Shown in pieces: positions 36,136 to 45,021 of a DNA stretch of 64,000 bases. Numbering within the stretch: position 1 is the first letter of the stretch; every line of letters begins with the position of its first letter. The stretch comes from Bacillota bacterium (GTDB taxonomy: Bacteria > Bacillota > Bacilli > Bu12), in assembly GCA_014896485.1 (NCBI GenBank), contig JADBKH010000009.1, forward strand, positions 28,800 to 92,799. The letters are read 5' to 3'. The position numbers and the translations under genes are program-made. The notes beneath the pieces were generated by a model. That model worked only from the letters and a program-made list of their open reading frames with translations. It did not search any database and was not told where the DNA came from.

Positions 36136-36588
36136 ATGATGAAAAATAGCGGGGTTGGTCACAGGCGCAGAGGGCGTACGCGGCTTGGATTTACGTTGTT
36201 GGAAATGACGATCGTTTTGTTTCTGATCGGGATCACGGCTGCGATTGCCATCCCAAAATTGAGCCAAAGCGCCGAGCAGGGCAAGTCCCGTGCTTGTGCG
36301 ACCGATCAGGAGGCGTTGCGTGCCGCACTGGAAAGTTACCATGCGGCTCATGGCAGTTACCCGAATGGAACCGATGCCCAAGCGATCATCGCAGCTTTGC
36401 AGAACGATGGGGCAATCGGTGAGGTCGCCTGTCCATCGGGAGGTCAGTGGGAGATCTCACTGCAATACGGCAGCGGCCAAACCGGTGCCGCCGGTGAAAA
36501 CCCTTTGGATGACACAGCCACTGTCCGCTGTACGGTCCATGGGGAACTCTACGGTACCCAGATTCACCCGGATGCAAATGGAGAATGA
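36136..36588 (+). CDS. comGC: major competence pseudopilin with prepilin-type N-terminal cleavage/methylation domain
   Basis: 'RLGFTLLEMTIVLFLIGITAAIAIP' is a class III signal peptide with Glu at +5. Confidence 0.8.
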   Translation: MMKNSGVGHRRRGRTRLGFTLLEMTIVLFLIGITAAIAIPKLSQSAEQGKSRACATDQEALRAALESYHAAHGSYPNGTDAQAIIAALQNDGAIGEVACPSGGQWEISLQYGSGQTGAAGENPLDDTATVRCTVHGELYGTQIHPDANGE

Positions 36589-37084
36589 GCGTACGTCAAG
36601 CGGTGAGGTAAGGCGACCGGCCTTTACCCTGCTGGAAGTGTTGGTTGCCTTGTCGTTGAGCGCATTAGCCGCTTCATTGCTCATTGGCACCGTAAGTCGG
36701 GCAACTTCACATCAGGCCTTGCAGCGAGCAACCGATCAAGTTCTTGCTGCCTTGGAAGATGCTCGTACGTTGGCACAACGCGGTAATGCCGTGACGTGTA
36801 CAGTAGAAAACAATACGCGTCTGGTCACTTTTGCCACACCTGCGCAATCGTCAGGAAGCTGGGTACCGCCAAGTCGTCATGTCCTCCAACTTCCGGAGGG
36901 GATCTCCTTGCGGGTGGAAAATCAAGCCGGTCAGCCCGCACCGACGCAATGGATTCGCATCGGAACAGATGGGCGGATCAGCCAAGGAATGACATTGGTC
37001 CTGCGTGACCGCTCGGAAGGCAGTATCCGTATCGTGGTGATGGTGGGAACAGGAGCCTGGTACGTCGATGCGTCGAAACGGTGA
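36572..37084 (+). CDS. comGD: minor pseudopilin ComGD-like
   Basis: 'RRPAFTLLEVLVALSLSALAASLLIG' is a prepilin-type N-terminus; overlaps the comGC stop. The internal start of the long track ORF 36290 was chosen. Confidence 0.65.
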   Translation: MQMENERTSSGEVRRPAFTLLEVLVALSLSALAASLLIGTVSRATSHQALQRATDQVLAALEDARTLAQRGNAVTCTVENNTRLVTFATPAQSSGSWVPPSRHVLQLPEGISLRVENQAGQPAPTQWIRIGTDGRISQGMTLVLRDRSEGSIRIVVMVGTGAWYVDASKR

Positions 37085-37447
37085 GAGCCTCGCAGAAGTG
37101 CTGGTGGCCACTGCCATCCTGTCGTTGGGGCAGTCCTGGTGACAGGGGCGATTGCAGCAGGCGCAAAACAGGTAGAGCAAGCACGATTGGTCGACGCCAC
37201 CTGTGATCTTGCCACGGCGATGGTGGCAGACTGGGCCGATGGGCAAGGACAGCGGGTGCAGACCCGTCAGATAGACGGACACACCATTACGGCAGAGGTG
37301 CAACCGAAAACAGAAGCGTTTTCTGCTGCAGGTTCTCGTATCTCTGTGGAGGTGACTGCTTCTTGGGGCGAAGCCATCCATTCTTATCGATGGGTCAGCT
37401 GGGTTTTCTCTCCCGACGTAGGGGATTTATCCTCAGCGAAACGCTGA
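37068..37447 (+). pseudogene. comGE: minor pseudopilin ComGE-like, frameshifted by loss of one G in a G-run at about 37127-37130
   Basis: ATG 37068 gives 'MRRNGESLAEVLVATAILSLGQSW*'. Inserting one G in GGGG restores a continuous prepilin helix '...AILSLGAVLVTGAIAAGAKQVEQARLV...' joining track ORF 37139..37447. Confidence 0.55.
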
Positions 37448-37872
37448 TCGCCCTCTCTTTAACTGCCCTGTTGGCGGCAGGCATTGCCGCGATATGGTTG
37501 CCTACAGGGCGTGCAACCCAAAAGATGAGCAGTCAGGCAGAGGCGTTGGCTTCTTCGCACGCCACGGAAAGCTTGATCTACGAGGAATTCTCCCGCCTCT
37601 CTTCGGCACAGGTACTCTCTCGTCCAGGAGGGCAAAAAGAATTGCAAGGCACCGATGGCAGTGGGCGGAGCTTACGTTACTTTTTGCAAGGAGAGAACTT
37701 GACACGTACCGTCCTCAATCCACCTGGTGGTGGCGGAACGTACGTGTTGGCGACAAGGGTTCGTGCCACGACCTTTCTTGTAGACGGGAAAGCCATTGAA
37801 GTGACCATCGTATGGGAAGAGGGAGGAGATACGCTTGAGCGCTGCTGGACGGTGGCGATGCGGGGCAGGTAG
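37390..37872 (+). CDS. comGF: minor pseudopilin ComGF-like
   Basis: 'RRRGFILSETLIALSLTALLAAGIAAI' is a prepilin-type N-terminus. Confidence 0.6.
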   Translation: MGQLGFLSRRRGFILSETLIALSLTALLAAGIAAIWLPTGRATQKMSSQAEALASSHATESLIYEEFSRLSSAQVLSRPGGQKELQGTDGSGRSLRYFLQGENLTRTVLNPPGGGGTYVLATRVRATTFLVDGKAIEVTIVWEEGGDTLERCWTVAMRGR

Positions 37873-38275
37873 GCGAGGCGCTGCCGTGGCCGTCTCCTTG
37901 ATCGCACTGGCCGCCATGACCCTTGCAGCCGCAAGTATCCTCGCAGCCAGCGGGGCTGCCCTGCGGCGCAGCAATGAACACGCTGCGCAGATGCAGGCAC
38001 GTACGGTGGCAGAGTCGGGGGCTGCGGCAGCACTGGAAGCGCTGCAAGAAGGTGAGCCCATCATCTGGTCAGATCAGGTGGCGGAGGCAGGTCAATACAC
38101 GATCACATCGGTGGCACCGCCCTCCGGTTCTTCTGTGTCCGCTGTCTGGGTGATTACCGCGACCACGCCCCAAGGCGGTTCTTATCAGCTGCGTGTCGGA
38201 TATACGTACATTACACCCACAGCGCATGACGAAGGAGGCGTGCGCAAGGTATACTGGCCTTACCAAGGGGAGTAG
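37835..38275 (+). CDS. comGG: ComGG-like competence protein
   Basis: Position as the last gene of the comG operon, plus an N-terminal hydrophobic segment 'AVAVSLIALAAMTLAAASILAA'. Weak sequence conservation is expected for ComGG. Confidence 0.45.
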   Translation: MSAAGRWRCGAGRRGAAVAVSLIALAAMTLAAASILAASGAALRRSNEHAAQMQARTVAESGAAAALEALQEGEPIIWSDQVAEAGQYTITSVAPPSGSSVSAVWVITATTPQGGSYQLRVGYTYITPTAHDEGGVRKVYWPYQGE

Positions 38276-38281
38276 GGACCG

Positions 38282-38836
38282 ATGCAAGAAGAAGGACAGT
38301 GGGGGCGCTTTGCTGGCCGACCCAATCTCAGCTTGATCGGCATGCCCGGTTGCGGAAAGAGCACTGTGGCACGGCAATTGAGCGAGATCTTGGGTGTTCC
38401 GTATGTGGATACCGATAAAGTCATCGTTTCGCGCTATGGTCAATCGATTGCCGAGATCTTCGCAACGCAAGGAGAAGAAGTGTTTCGACGCTTGGAATCT
38501 GCCGTGCTTGCAGAGGTCCTGGCGGGAGAAGGACAGATCGTAGCAACGGGTGGGGGATGTGTCGAGCGGCCCGAAAACCGAAGGTTGTTACAGCAGCGCA
38601 GCTTCGTCGTCTGGCTTGATCCACCCTTGCCGATGCTTCTTTCGCGACTGCGCCAAGAGACAGATCGACCTTTGCTGGCTAAAGGAGATCCTGGGCTCGT
38701 GATGGAACAGCTCAACCGCCGCCGGCGGCCACTCTATCGTTTTGCTGATCTCCATTTGGCCATTGGACGAGAAGGATCCTCTGGCGCAGTAGGGCGACTG
38801 GCAGCGCTCTTTTCCATGGCACGCTCCAGCGACTAA
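38282..38836 (+). CDS. aroK: shikimate kinase
   Basis: 'LIGMPGCGKSTVARQLSEILGVPYVDTD' P-loop and downstream 'GGG' shikimate-binding motif; 184 aa. Confidence 0.85.
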   Translation: MQEEGQWGRFAGRPNLSLIGMPGCGKSTVARQLSEILGVPYVDTDKVIVSRYGQSIAEIFATQGEEVFRRLESAVLAEVLAGEGQIVATGGGCVERPENRRLLQQRSFVVWLDPPLPMLLSRLRQETDRPLLAKGDPGLVMEQLNRRRRPLYRFADLHLAIGREGSSGAVGRLAALFSMARSSD

Positions 38837-38839
38837 AAC

Positions 38840-39475
38840 TCACTCGGCCAAGCGGGACGAAACTTTTTCCATGCATTGGCTGACGTGGTCGGCTGCTTGC
38901 TGGCGGAGTCGATCGCGTTGTGCGGCTGCCTCACGTGCGAAAGGGCTCTCTCCCAAAGCGGGCAAGTTGATATCGACCGAGAGCAGTGCACTTGCTGCGG
39001 CCGCACCCAGCAACTGAGCTCCTACACCCACATCGCTGATCGCACGTTGGTTGCCGATGGGTGCCAACTGTAAAGCGAGCTCAAGACCTTCGCAGCAAGC
39101 TTGCGCAAGCGACAAAGGGACCCGCGTCGCCTGCTCTGTAGCGTTACGCTGTTTGGCTTGACGAATCATCTGTTGTTCTTGTGTCTCAGCAGGAAGGCGG
39201 AGCGCCGCCATGACCGCATCAAATGCCTCCATATCGGCTGAAAGCAGTGCTTCAAACTGGCTTTGCAACGCTTCGGAGCGCGTAAGCACTTCCGTCACTT
39301 GAGCAGCCACATCTTGGTATTTTTTGCGTGCCAGGGTCAATCGGGCGACCATTTGCAACATCGAAGTACCCAACGCGGCGGCCATGGCGGCAATGCTTCC
39401 CCCACCTGGTGTCGGCGCTGTCGAACCAGCGAGTGCTAGGATATCGCGAAAAGATCGTTCGTAGAGGTCGGTCAT
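38840..39475 (-). CDS. cyclodeaminase/cyclohydrolase-family protein (formiminotetrahydrofolate cyclodeaminase / methenyl-THF cyclohydrolase FchA-like)
   Basis: 'FRDILALAGSTAPTPGGGSIAAMAAALGTSMLQMV' is the FTCD_C-domain signature; operonic with folD. Confidence 0.8.
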   Translation of the reverse strand: MTDLYERSFRDILALAGSTAPTPGGGSIAAMAAALGTSMLQMVARLTLARKKYQDVAAQVTEVLTRSEALQSQFEALLSADMEAFDAVMAALRLPAETQEQQMIRQAKQRNATEQATRVPLSLAQACCEGLELALQLAPIGNQRAISDVGVGAQLLGAAAASALLSVDINLPALGESPFAREAAAQRDRLRQQAADHVSQCMEKVSSRLAE

Positions 39476-39560
39476 TGTCGTCTCCTCTCAGCAATCCACT
39501 TGGCCGCTTCTGCACACCTCTTAAGCTCTGCCTGTCCAAGCGAGCTTCTTTGGGACGGTC

Positions 39561-40421
39561 TCACGAGGTCTGGTCACGAAGTGTTGCCTCAGCTGCATCG
39601 ATTACATTTTGCAAGAGCAATAAGGTCGTCAAAGCGCCGACACCACCCGGGACAGGGGTAATGGCACCGGCAATGGGTTCGACCGATGCAAAATCGACAT
39701 CCCCCGCAAGGGTGCCGTCGGGCGCTTCAGAAAGTCCAGCATCGATGACCACTGCCCCGGGAGCGACCATCTCTGCGCCGATCAAGTGGCGGTGGCCTGT
39801 AGCTGCAAAAAGTAACTCTGCCTTTCGGGTGTAGCGGGCGAGCGCGCCCGATCGAGAATGGCAAACCGTCACAGTGGCATTTTCTTTGAGCAACAAGGCG
39901 AGCAGTGGACGACCGACCGTCGGTCCGCGACCGACAACGACCGCGTGACGACCGCTGATTGGGATCTGATAGTGTTGCAGCAGAGCGATACAGGCGAGGG
40001 CAGTTGCCGGAACAAACGCCTCTTGCCCACTGAAGAGCCGTCCACGGTTGACGGGATGGATGCCGTCGACGTCTTTATGGGGTGCAATACCTTCTAAGAT
40101 GCGTGCACTGTCAAATCGCTTGGGCAGCGGCCATTCGACCAAAATGCCGTGTACGGCGGGATCACGGTTCAACGCGTCCAGACGCTCCAGGATTTCAGCT
40201 TCTGTTGCCTGAGCAGAGAATGCATGCAATCGGAAACTGATACCTGCTCGATCGGCAGCCCGTTCTTTGGCCCTGGCATACGCGATGGAGGCAGGATTAT
40301 CACCGACCAGAAGGACCGCCAATCGTGGAAGAATGCCCGCTTCCTGCAGCTGTTGCGTGCGTTTTTCCAATTGTGCACGAAGTACAGCCGCCACAGGTTT
40401 GGCCTGCAAGTGAAGTGCCAT
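39561..40421 (-). CDS. folD: bifunctional 5,10-methylene-tetrahydrofolate dehydrogenase / 5,10-methenyl-tetrahydrofolate cyclohydrolase
   Basis: 'GILVEWPLP', 'VVVGRGPTVGRPL' Rossmann motif, 'PVPGGVG'. Start refined to MALHL (GGGGAGGTG Shine-Dalgarno). Confidence 0.9.
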   Translation of the reverse strand: MALHLQAKPVAAVLRAQLEKRTQQLQEAGILPRLAVLLVGDNPASIAYARAKERAADRAGISFRLHAFSAQATEAEILERLDALNRDPAVHGILVEWPLPKRFDSARILEGIAPHKDVDGIHPVNRGRLFSGQEAFVPATALACIALLQHYQIPISGRHAVVVGRGPTVGRPLLALLLKENATVTVCHSRSGALARYTRKAELLFAATGHRHLIGAEMVAPGAVVIDAGLSEAPDGTLAGDVDFASVEPIAGAITPVPGGVGALTTLLLLQNVIDAAEATLRDQTS

Positions 40422-40535
40422 GGCTTCACCTCCCCAGAAAGAGTACAGGATCCTAGACACGCTTGCCACCAACCGCTACCATGGAGATACGTACATTTAT
40501 TCTGAGACGCAGTGCAGATCAAAGGGATGGAGACG

Positions 40536-41642
40536 ATGGGCAAGTCACAGCGGCGCGTGGTGCTAAAAGTCGGCTCTTCTTCTTTGGTAGATCATCGTGG
40601 GGAGCTCGATTTGCAACGTGTGGCGTGGATCGCCGGGGAGGCTGCAGCATTGTGGGAGAGGGGAGCGGCTCCCCTGATCGTCTCTTCCGGTGCAGTCGCC
40701 GCAGGCCGCACACTTCTGCGTATCGAAGGAAATGCAGTCAGCTTGGCGGTACGGCAGGCTGCTGCGGCTGTCGGTCAGAGCCTGCTGGTACAGGCTTATG
40801 CGGATGCGTTGCGGAAAAAAGGAATTGCCGCTGCGCAAGCACTGCTCTCCCGAGGGGATTTCGATCATCGCAAGCGTTATGTACACCTGCGCAATACCCT
40901 CGAGCTTTTGCTCAATCATCGGGTCATTCCGATTGTCAATGAAAACGACACCGTGGATGTCGAAGAGCTGCGCTTCGGGGACAACGATTTACTGGCAGCG
41001 CTGTGCGCCCAAGCCATCGACGCACAATTGCTGGTGCTTTTTACAGACGTGGACGGCCTCTACGATCGGCCACCCCAGCATCCCGAAGCACAACGCATTG
41101 CCCGTGTCTCGTCGTTGGAAAATCTATCGGTGCATGTGGAAAGCCACTCGCGTTTTGGGACAGGAGGCATGGCCAGCAAACTGCGGGCGGCAGCACTTGC
41201 GACCTCTTCGGGCATCGAGACACGCATTCTAAAAGCAGGGGTAGCGGGACTGTTGGCAAGATCGCTGGCCGGAGAGCCGGTAGGAACTGTCATCGAGGCA
41301 CAGCCTTCGATGCTCAACGCGCGCAAGCGCTGGGTGGCCTATGCTTCGAAAGCCCATGGGAGCGTCTGGATTGACGATGGTGCTGCCTTGGCACTCCAAT
41401 CCGGCAAAAGCCTCCTGCTGGCCGGTGTACGTCAGGCGAGAGGGACCTTCCGTCCGGGAGATGTCATCCAGGTCGTAACGGCCGAGAGAGCGATCGCCAA
41501 GGGCATGACGAATTATGCTTCCGATGAGTTGGCCGTACTGCTTCTTGAGGATCGGCCGGCTACCTCCCTGCCAGAGGTCATCCACCGCGACAATTTGGTC
41601 TTGCTGAGTTCAACCGCAGAGGGAGGGCTGCAAGAAGCATGA
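40536..41642 (+). CDS. proB: glutamate 5-kinase
   Basis: 'RRVVLKVGSSSL' amino-acid-kinase N-terminus and a C-terminal PUA domain. Start chosen at the third ATG with the best Shine-Dalgarno (the track ORF begins at 40512). Confidence 0.9.
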   Translation: MGKSQRRVVLKVGSSSLVDHRGELDLQRVAWIAGEAAALWERGAAPLIVSSGAVAAGRTLLRIEGNAVSLAVRQAAAAVGQSLLVQAYADALRKKGIAAAQALLSRGDFDHRKRYVHLRNTLELLLNHRVIPIVNENDTVDVEELRFGDNDLLAALCAQAIDAQLLVLFTDVDGLYDRPPQHPEAQRIARVSSLENLSVHVESHSRFGTGGMASKLRAAALATSSGIETRILKAGVAGLLARSLAGEPVGTVIEAQPSMLNARKRWVAYASKAHGSVWIDDGAALALQSGKSLLLAGVRQARGTFRPGDVIQVVTAERAIAKGMTNYASDELAVLLLEDRPATSLPEVIHRDNLVLLSSTAEGGLQEA

Positions 41643-42886
41643 GGGAAGAAGCGGAAGCGGAGGCGCTGCGTGCCAAAGCATGCGCCTCCGAGGTGGCCCT
41701 TTTCAGTCTTGACCGGCGCAATGCCGCTTTGGCGAGTATGGCTGAAGCGATTCGACACAGCCAAGCGGCCATCTTGGCGGCCAACCAGCAGGATTGCGAG
41801 GAGGCACAACAGAGCGGTCGCAAGGAAGCTTTCATCGATCGGTTGACATTGACCTCGCAGCGCCTTCAAGCTGCGGCTGCCGGATTAGAGGCGCTGATGG
41901 CGCTTCCTGATCCGTTGGGCGTACAACGGAGTTTCCTCGCAGCAGAAGGTATTCGCATCGAGCAGCGGCGCGTCCCTTTTGGTGTGCTTGCGATCATTTA
42001 CGAAGCACGTCCCAACGTGACCGTCGATGCGGCTGGGCTGGCACTTAAGTCGGGCAATACGGTGGTCCTAAGAGGAAGCCGGGAAGCACGCCGGAGCAAC
42101 GCCGCACTGGTCACAGCGTTGCGAGATGGCTTGACTGCTGCAGGACTCCCTGTAGAAGCGATCGGTTTTGTGGCGAATCCAAATCACGAGGATGTCGATC
42201 ATCTGCTGAGCCTGCGCGGAATCGTCGACTTGGCCATCCCGCGGGGGGGTGCCGAGCTGATCGAGCGGGTCGTCTCGTTGGCAAAGATACCGGTCATAGA
42301 GACCGGCGCGGGGGTCTGCCACATCTACGTGCATGCTGAGGCAAATGAAGCGATGGCTCTCTCCATCATCGACAATGCCAAAACCCAACGACCTTCTGTC
42401 TGCAATGCCGTCGAAACCGTGCTCGTCGATCGGGAAATTGCTCCGCAGTTTTTGCCCAAGCTGGACGAAAGATTGACGGCGCGGGGGGTTCGTCTGCATG
42501 CTGCGCCCCAGGCACTTGCTTGGATGCCCCATGCGGTTTTGGCAGGCCCTGACGAATGGCGTACAGAGCACCTCTCCCTGGATCTCGGTGTGCAGATCGT
42601 CGCAGGCCTGCAAGAGGCTGTGACCCATATCGAACGCTTTGGTACGCATCATTCGGACGCCATCGTCACCGACGATCAAGCGGTTGCACAGCGCTTTTTG
42701 GACACCGTCGACTCGGCTTGCGTCTACTGGAATGCCTCGACGCGCTTTACCGACGGATTTCAGTTCGGCTTTGGAGCCGAGGTGGGAATCAGCACCCAAA
42801 AACTCCATGCGCGCGGTCCGATGGGGCTGTCGGAGTTGACCACGTACAAATATATCATCCGTGGAGAGGGACAGGTGCGCACATAA
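41639..42886 (+). CDS. proA: glutamate-5-semialdehyde dehydrogenase
   Basis: Aldehyde-dehydrogenase family with catalytic Cys context 'CNAVETVLV'; overlaps the proB stop. Confidence 0.9.
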   Translation: MREEAEAEALRAKACASEVALFSLDRRNAALASMAEAIRHSQAAILAANQQDCEEAQQSGRKEAFIDRLTLTSQRLQAAAAGLEALMALPDPLGVQRSFLAAEGIRIEQRRVPFGVLAIIYEARPNVTVDAAGLALKSGNTVVLRGSREARRSNAALVTALRDGLTAAGLPVEAIGFVANPNHEDVDHLLSLRGIVDLAIPRGGAELIERVVSLAKIPVIETGAGVCHIYVHAEANEAMALSIIDNAKTQRPSVCNAVETVLVDREIAPQFLPKLDERLTARGVRLHAAPQALAWMPHAVLAGPDEWRTEHLSLDLGVQIVAGLQEAVTHIERFGTHHSDAIVTDDQAVAQRFLDTVDSACVYWNASTRFTDGFQFGFGAEVGISTQKLHARGPMGLSELTTYKYIIRGEGQVRT

Positions 42887-42889
42887 GCC

Positions 42890-43783
42890 TTGTCGAGCGA
42901 CTTGGGCTATCGAAAGGAAGCGACTACGATTCGCATTGGCATTTTGGGAGCAGGTGCTATCGTCAAGACATTGCTGGAAGGCTGGCAGCGGTTTGGGTGG
43001 CCCGGAGAGGTTATGGTGACCAATCGCAGCAATGCGGCGCGCTTAGAAGCACTCGCGGCTTCCTTCGGTGTGGTCACCACGCGAGATCATGCGGCACTCT
43101 TGCAGGATGCAGAGATGGTCCTGCTTGCGGTACGCCCAGGCCAAGTGGTCGAGACGTTGCAGCAAGACGGCCCTTCTTTGCATGCAGGACATCTGCTGAT
43201 CTCGCTGGCAGCAGCGCCGGATTGTGAGACCATCGCAGCACTGCTTCCTAAAGAGGTCACGGTCGTGCGGGCAATGCCGAACCTCGCTGCAGCAGTCGGG
43301 CACTCCGTGACTGGTCTGTACAGCCAGCAGGGGATGATCGGAGTTGTCCAGTCTCTGTTTGAGCCTCTGGGGACAACGGTTTGGCTCGATGATGAAGCGG
43401 CGCTGACCCCTTTTACCGCCCTCTTTGGCAGTGGCCCCGGCTATCTCTATCATTTTGTCGACCTGCTGGAAGAGGGCGGTGTCGCTTTGGGACTCGATCG
43501 CGATCAAGTTGCCCGCTTCGTCGCAGAAATGGCTTTTGGCGCTTTGACTTACTTAAAAGAATCGGGGGCTACTCCGGCTGAACTGCGGGACGAAGTGGCT
43601 ACTCCCGGCGGGGTCACTGCAGCGGGCATTGCCGCGCTAGATGCTGCTGACTTGAGAGCCTCACTGCTCACCTGCCTGCGTGCAGCTGTTGCACGGGCCG
43701 AACAGACACAGGCACATGCCCGCGCGGATCTTTTCGCATCTTTCGCGCATCAATCTCTTGACAATGCTGGTCAGCTACCGTAG
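42890..43783 (+). CDS. proC: pyrroline-5-carboxylate reductase
   Basis: 'IGILGAGAIVKTLLEG' NADP-binding site and 'TPGGVTAAGIAALD' C-terminal domain. TTG start as given by the track; the exact start is uncertain. Confidence 0.85.
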   Translation: MSSDLGYRKEATTIRIGILGAGAIVKTLLEGWQRFGWPGEVMVTNRSNAARLEALAASFGVVTTRDHAALLQDAEMVLLAVRPGQVVETLQQDGPSLHAGHLLISLAAAPDCETIAALLPKEVTVVRAMPNLAAAVGHSVTGLYSQQGMIGVVQSLFEPLGTTVWLDDEAALTPFTALFGSGPGYLYHFVDLLEEGGVALGLDRDQVARFVAEMAFGALTYLKESGATPAELRDEVATPGGVTAAGIAALDAADLRASLLTCLRAAVARAEQTQAHARADLFASFAHQSLDNAGQLP

Positions 43784-43789
43784 GATGCT

Positions 43790-44100
43790 ATCAACATTGC
43801 AGTGCGTGACAGCGTTATCGTGCACAAGAACGATGAGGGGAAGCGCAGATCCGGACGTGTCCAGAGAGTCGGCGGAGGGTGCGAGCCGAACACGGAGGAT
43901 GTGTCTCTCGTCCCTGAGTCTTCCTGGGAAGGTTTCTTCTCCAAGTGGTTCGAGGAAGCTAAACCGGGAGCGGTTGGCGCCGTTATCGCCCAGTCGTTCG
44001 GACTCTCTGAGGCGACAGCCGCAAGGCCTGTCGCGAAGTTGGGTGGTACCGCGAAGCAAGCCCTTCGCCCCAGCGTGGCGAGGGGCTTTTTGTGTCAAGA
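43790..44100 (+). promoter_or_regulatory. T-box riboswitch leader (tRNA-sensing transcription attenuator) upstream of ilvE-ilvBNC-leuAB
   Basis: Canonical T-box motif AAGTTGGGTGGTACCGCG at about 44035-44053, immediately followed by a terminator hairpin GCCCTTCGCC/GGCGAGGGGC plus TTTTT (44060-44091). The 108-codon track ORF 43802..44128 here is not coding. Confidence 0.8.
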
Positions 44101-44117
44101 AGGGCAGGTAAGAATCG

Positions 44118-44999
44118 ATGTCGCATGAGATTTATCTAAATGGCAGTTTCGTGCCGAGCGAGGAAGCAAAAATCTCTGTTTTCGACCACGGACTGTTGTA
44201 TGGCGATGGCATCTTTGAAGGCATTCGGGCTTATAACGGTTTTGTCTTCCGTCTACATGAGCATATCCAGCGGTTGATTCAGTCGGCGCAGTCGATTGCC
44301 CTCGCATTCCCTTGGTCTGCTGATGATCTGGAAGAGATCGTGGTGCAGACGATTCGTCGCAACGGCCTGCGCGATGCGTACGTGCGACTGGTCATCACGC
44401 GTGGTATCGGTGATTTGGGCCTAGATCCACGCAATTGTGCCGAACCGGAGATCTTCTGCATTGCCGATCAGATTCAGCTCTATCCTCCTGCAATGTACGA
44501 AAATGGGTTGCGCGTCGTCACGACCGGTGTGCGCCGCAATGCGGCAGATGCGCTCAATCCACGGGTCAAGTCCCTCAACTACTTAAACAACATTTTGGCG
44601 AAAATTCAGGCCAATGACGCTGGCGCAGGGGAGGGGCTAATGCTCAACGAACAGGGTCTGGTCGCCGAAGCGACCGGCGACAACCTTTTCATCGTCCAAA
44701 AGGGGCGGGTCTGTACTCCTCCGGCATCGATGGGGGCTTTGGAGGGAATTACCCGTAATGCGGTCCTGGATCTCTGCCGGCTCTACGAGATTCCGGTTGC
44801 GGAAGTGCCGATCACGCTGCATGAGGTCTACGTGGCAGATGAATGCTTCTTGACCGGTACGGCCGCTGAGCTAATTGCCGTCACTCAGATCGACGGGCGC
44901 GTGATCGGCAGCGGCAAAGAGGGACTGCTCACCCATCGGCTTCACGAGGGCTTCCGGCAACTTGTGCAAAAAGAGGGCAGGCCGGTCTACGACGAGTGA
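44118..44999 (+). CDS. ilvE: branched-chain-amino-acid aminotransferase (fold-type IV)
   Basis: 'YLNGSFVPSEEAKISVFDHGLLYGDGIFEGIRAY' and 'VKSLNYLNNILAK' with the PLP lysine. Confidence 0.9.
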   Translation: MSHEIYLNGSFVPSEEAKISVFDHGLLYGDGIFEGIRAYNGFVFRLHEHIQRLIQSAQSIALAFPWSADDLEEIVVQTIRRNGLRDAYVRLVITRGIGDLGLDPRNCAEPEIFCIADQIQLYPPAMYENGLRVVTTGVRRNAADALNPRVKSLNYLNNILAKIQANDAGAGEGLMLNEQGLVAEATGDNLFIVQKGRVCTPPASMGALEGITRNAVLDLCRLYEIPVAEVPITLHEVYVADECFLTGTAAELIAVTQIDGRVIGSGKEGLLTHRLHEGFRQLVQKEGRPVYDE

Positions 45000-45021
45000 G
45001 CTTGCACAGGAGGCGAGAACG

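Noticed and set aside
43802-44128. 108-codon ATG-initiated ORF upstream of ilvE
   Set aside because: It lies entirely within the T-box leader (conserved GGGTGGTACCGCG plus terminator) and overlaps the ilvE start. Its translation is Arg/Gly-rich nonsense with no Shine-Dalgarno.
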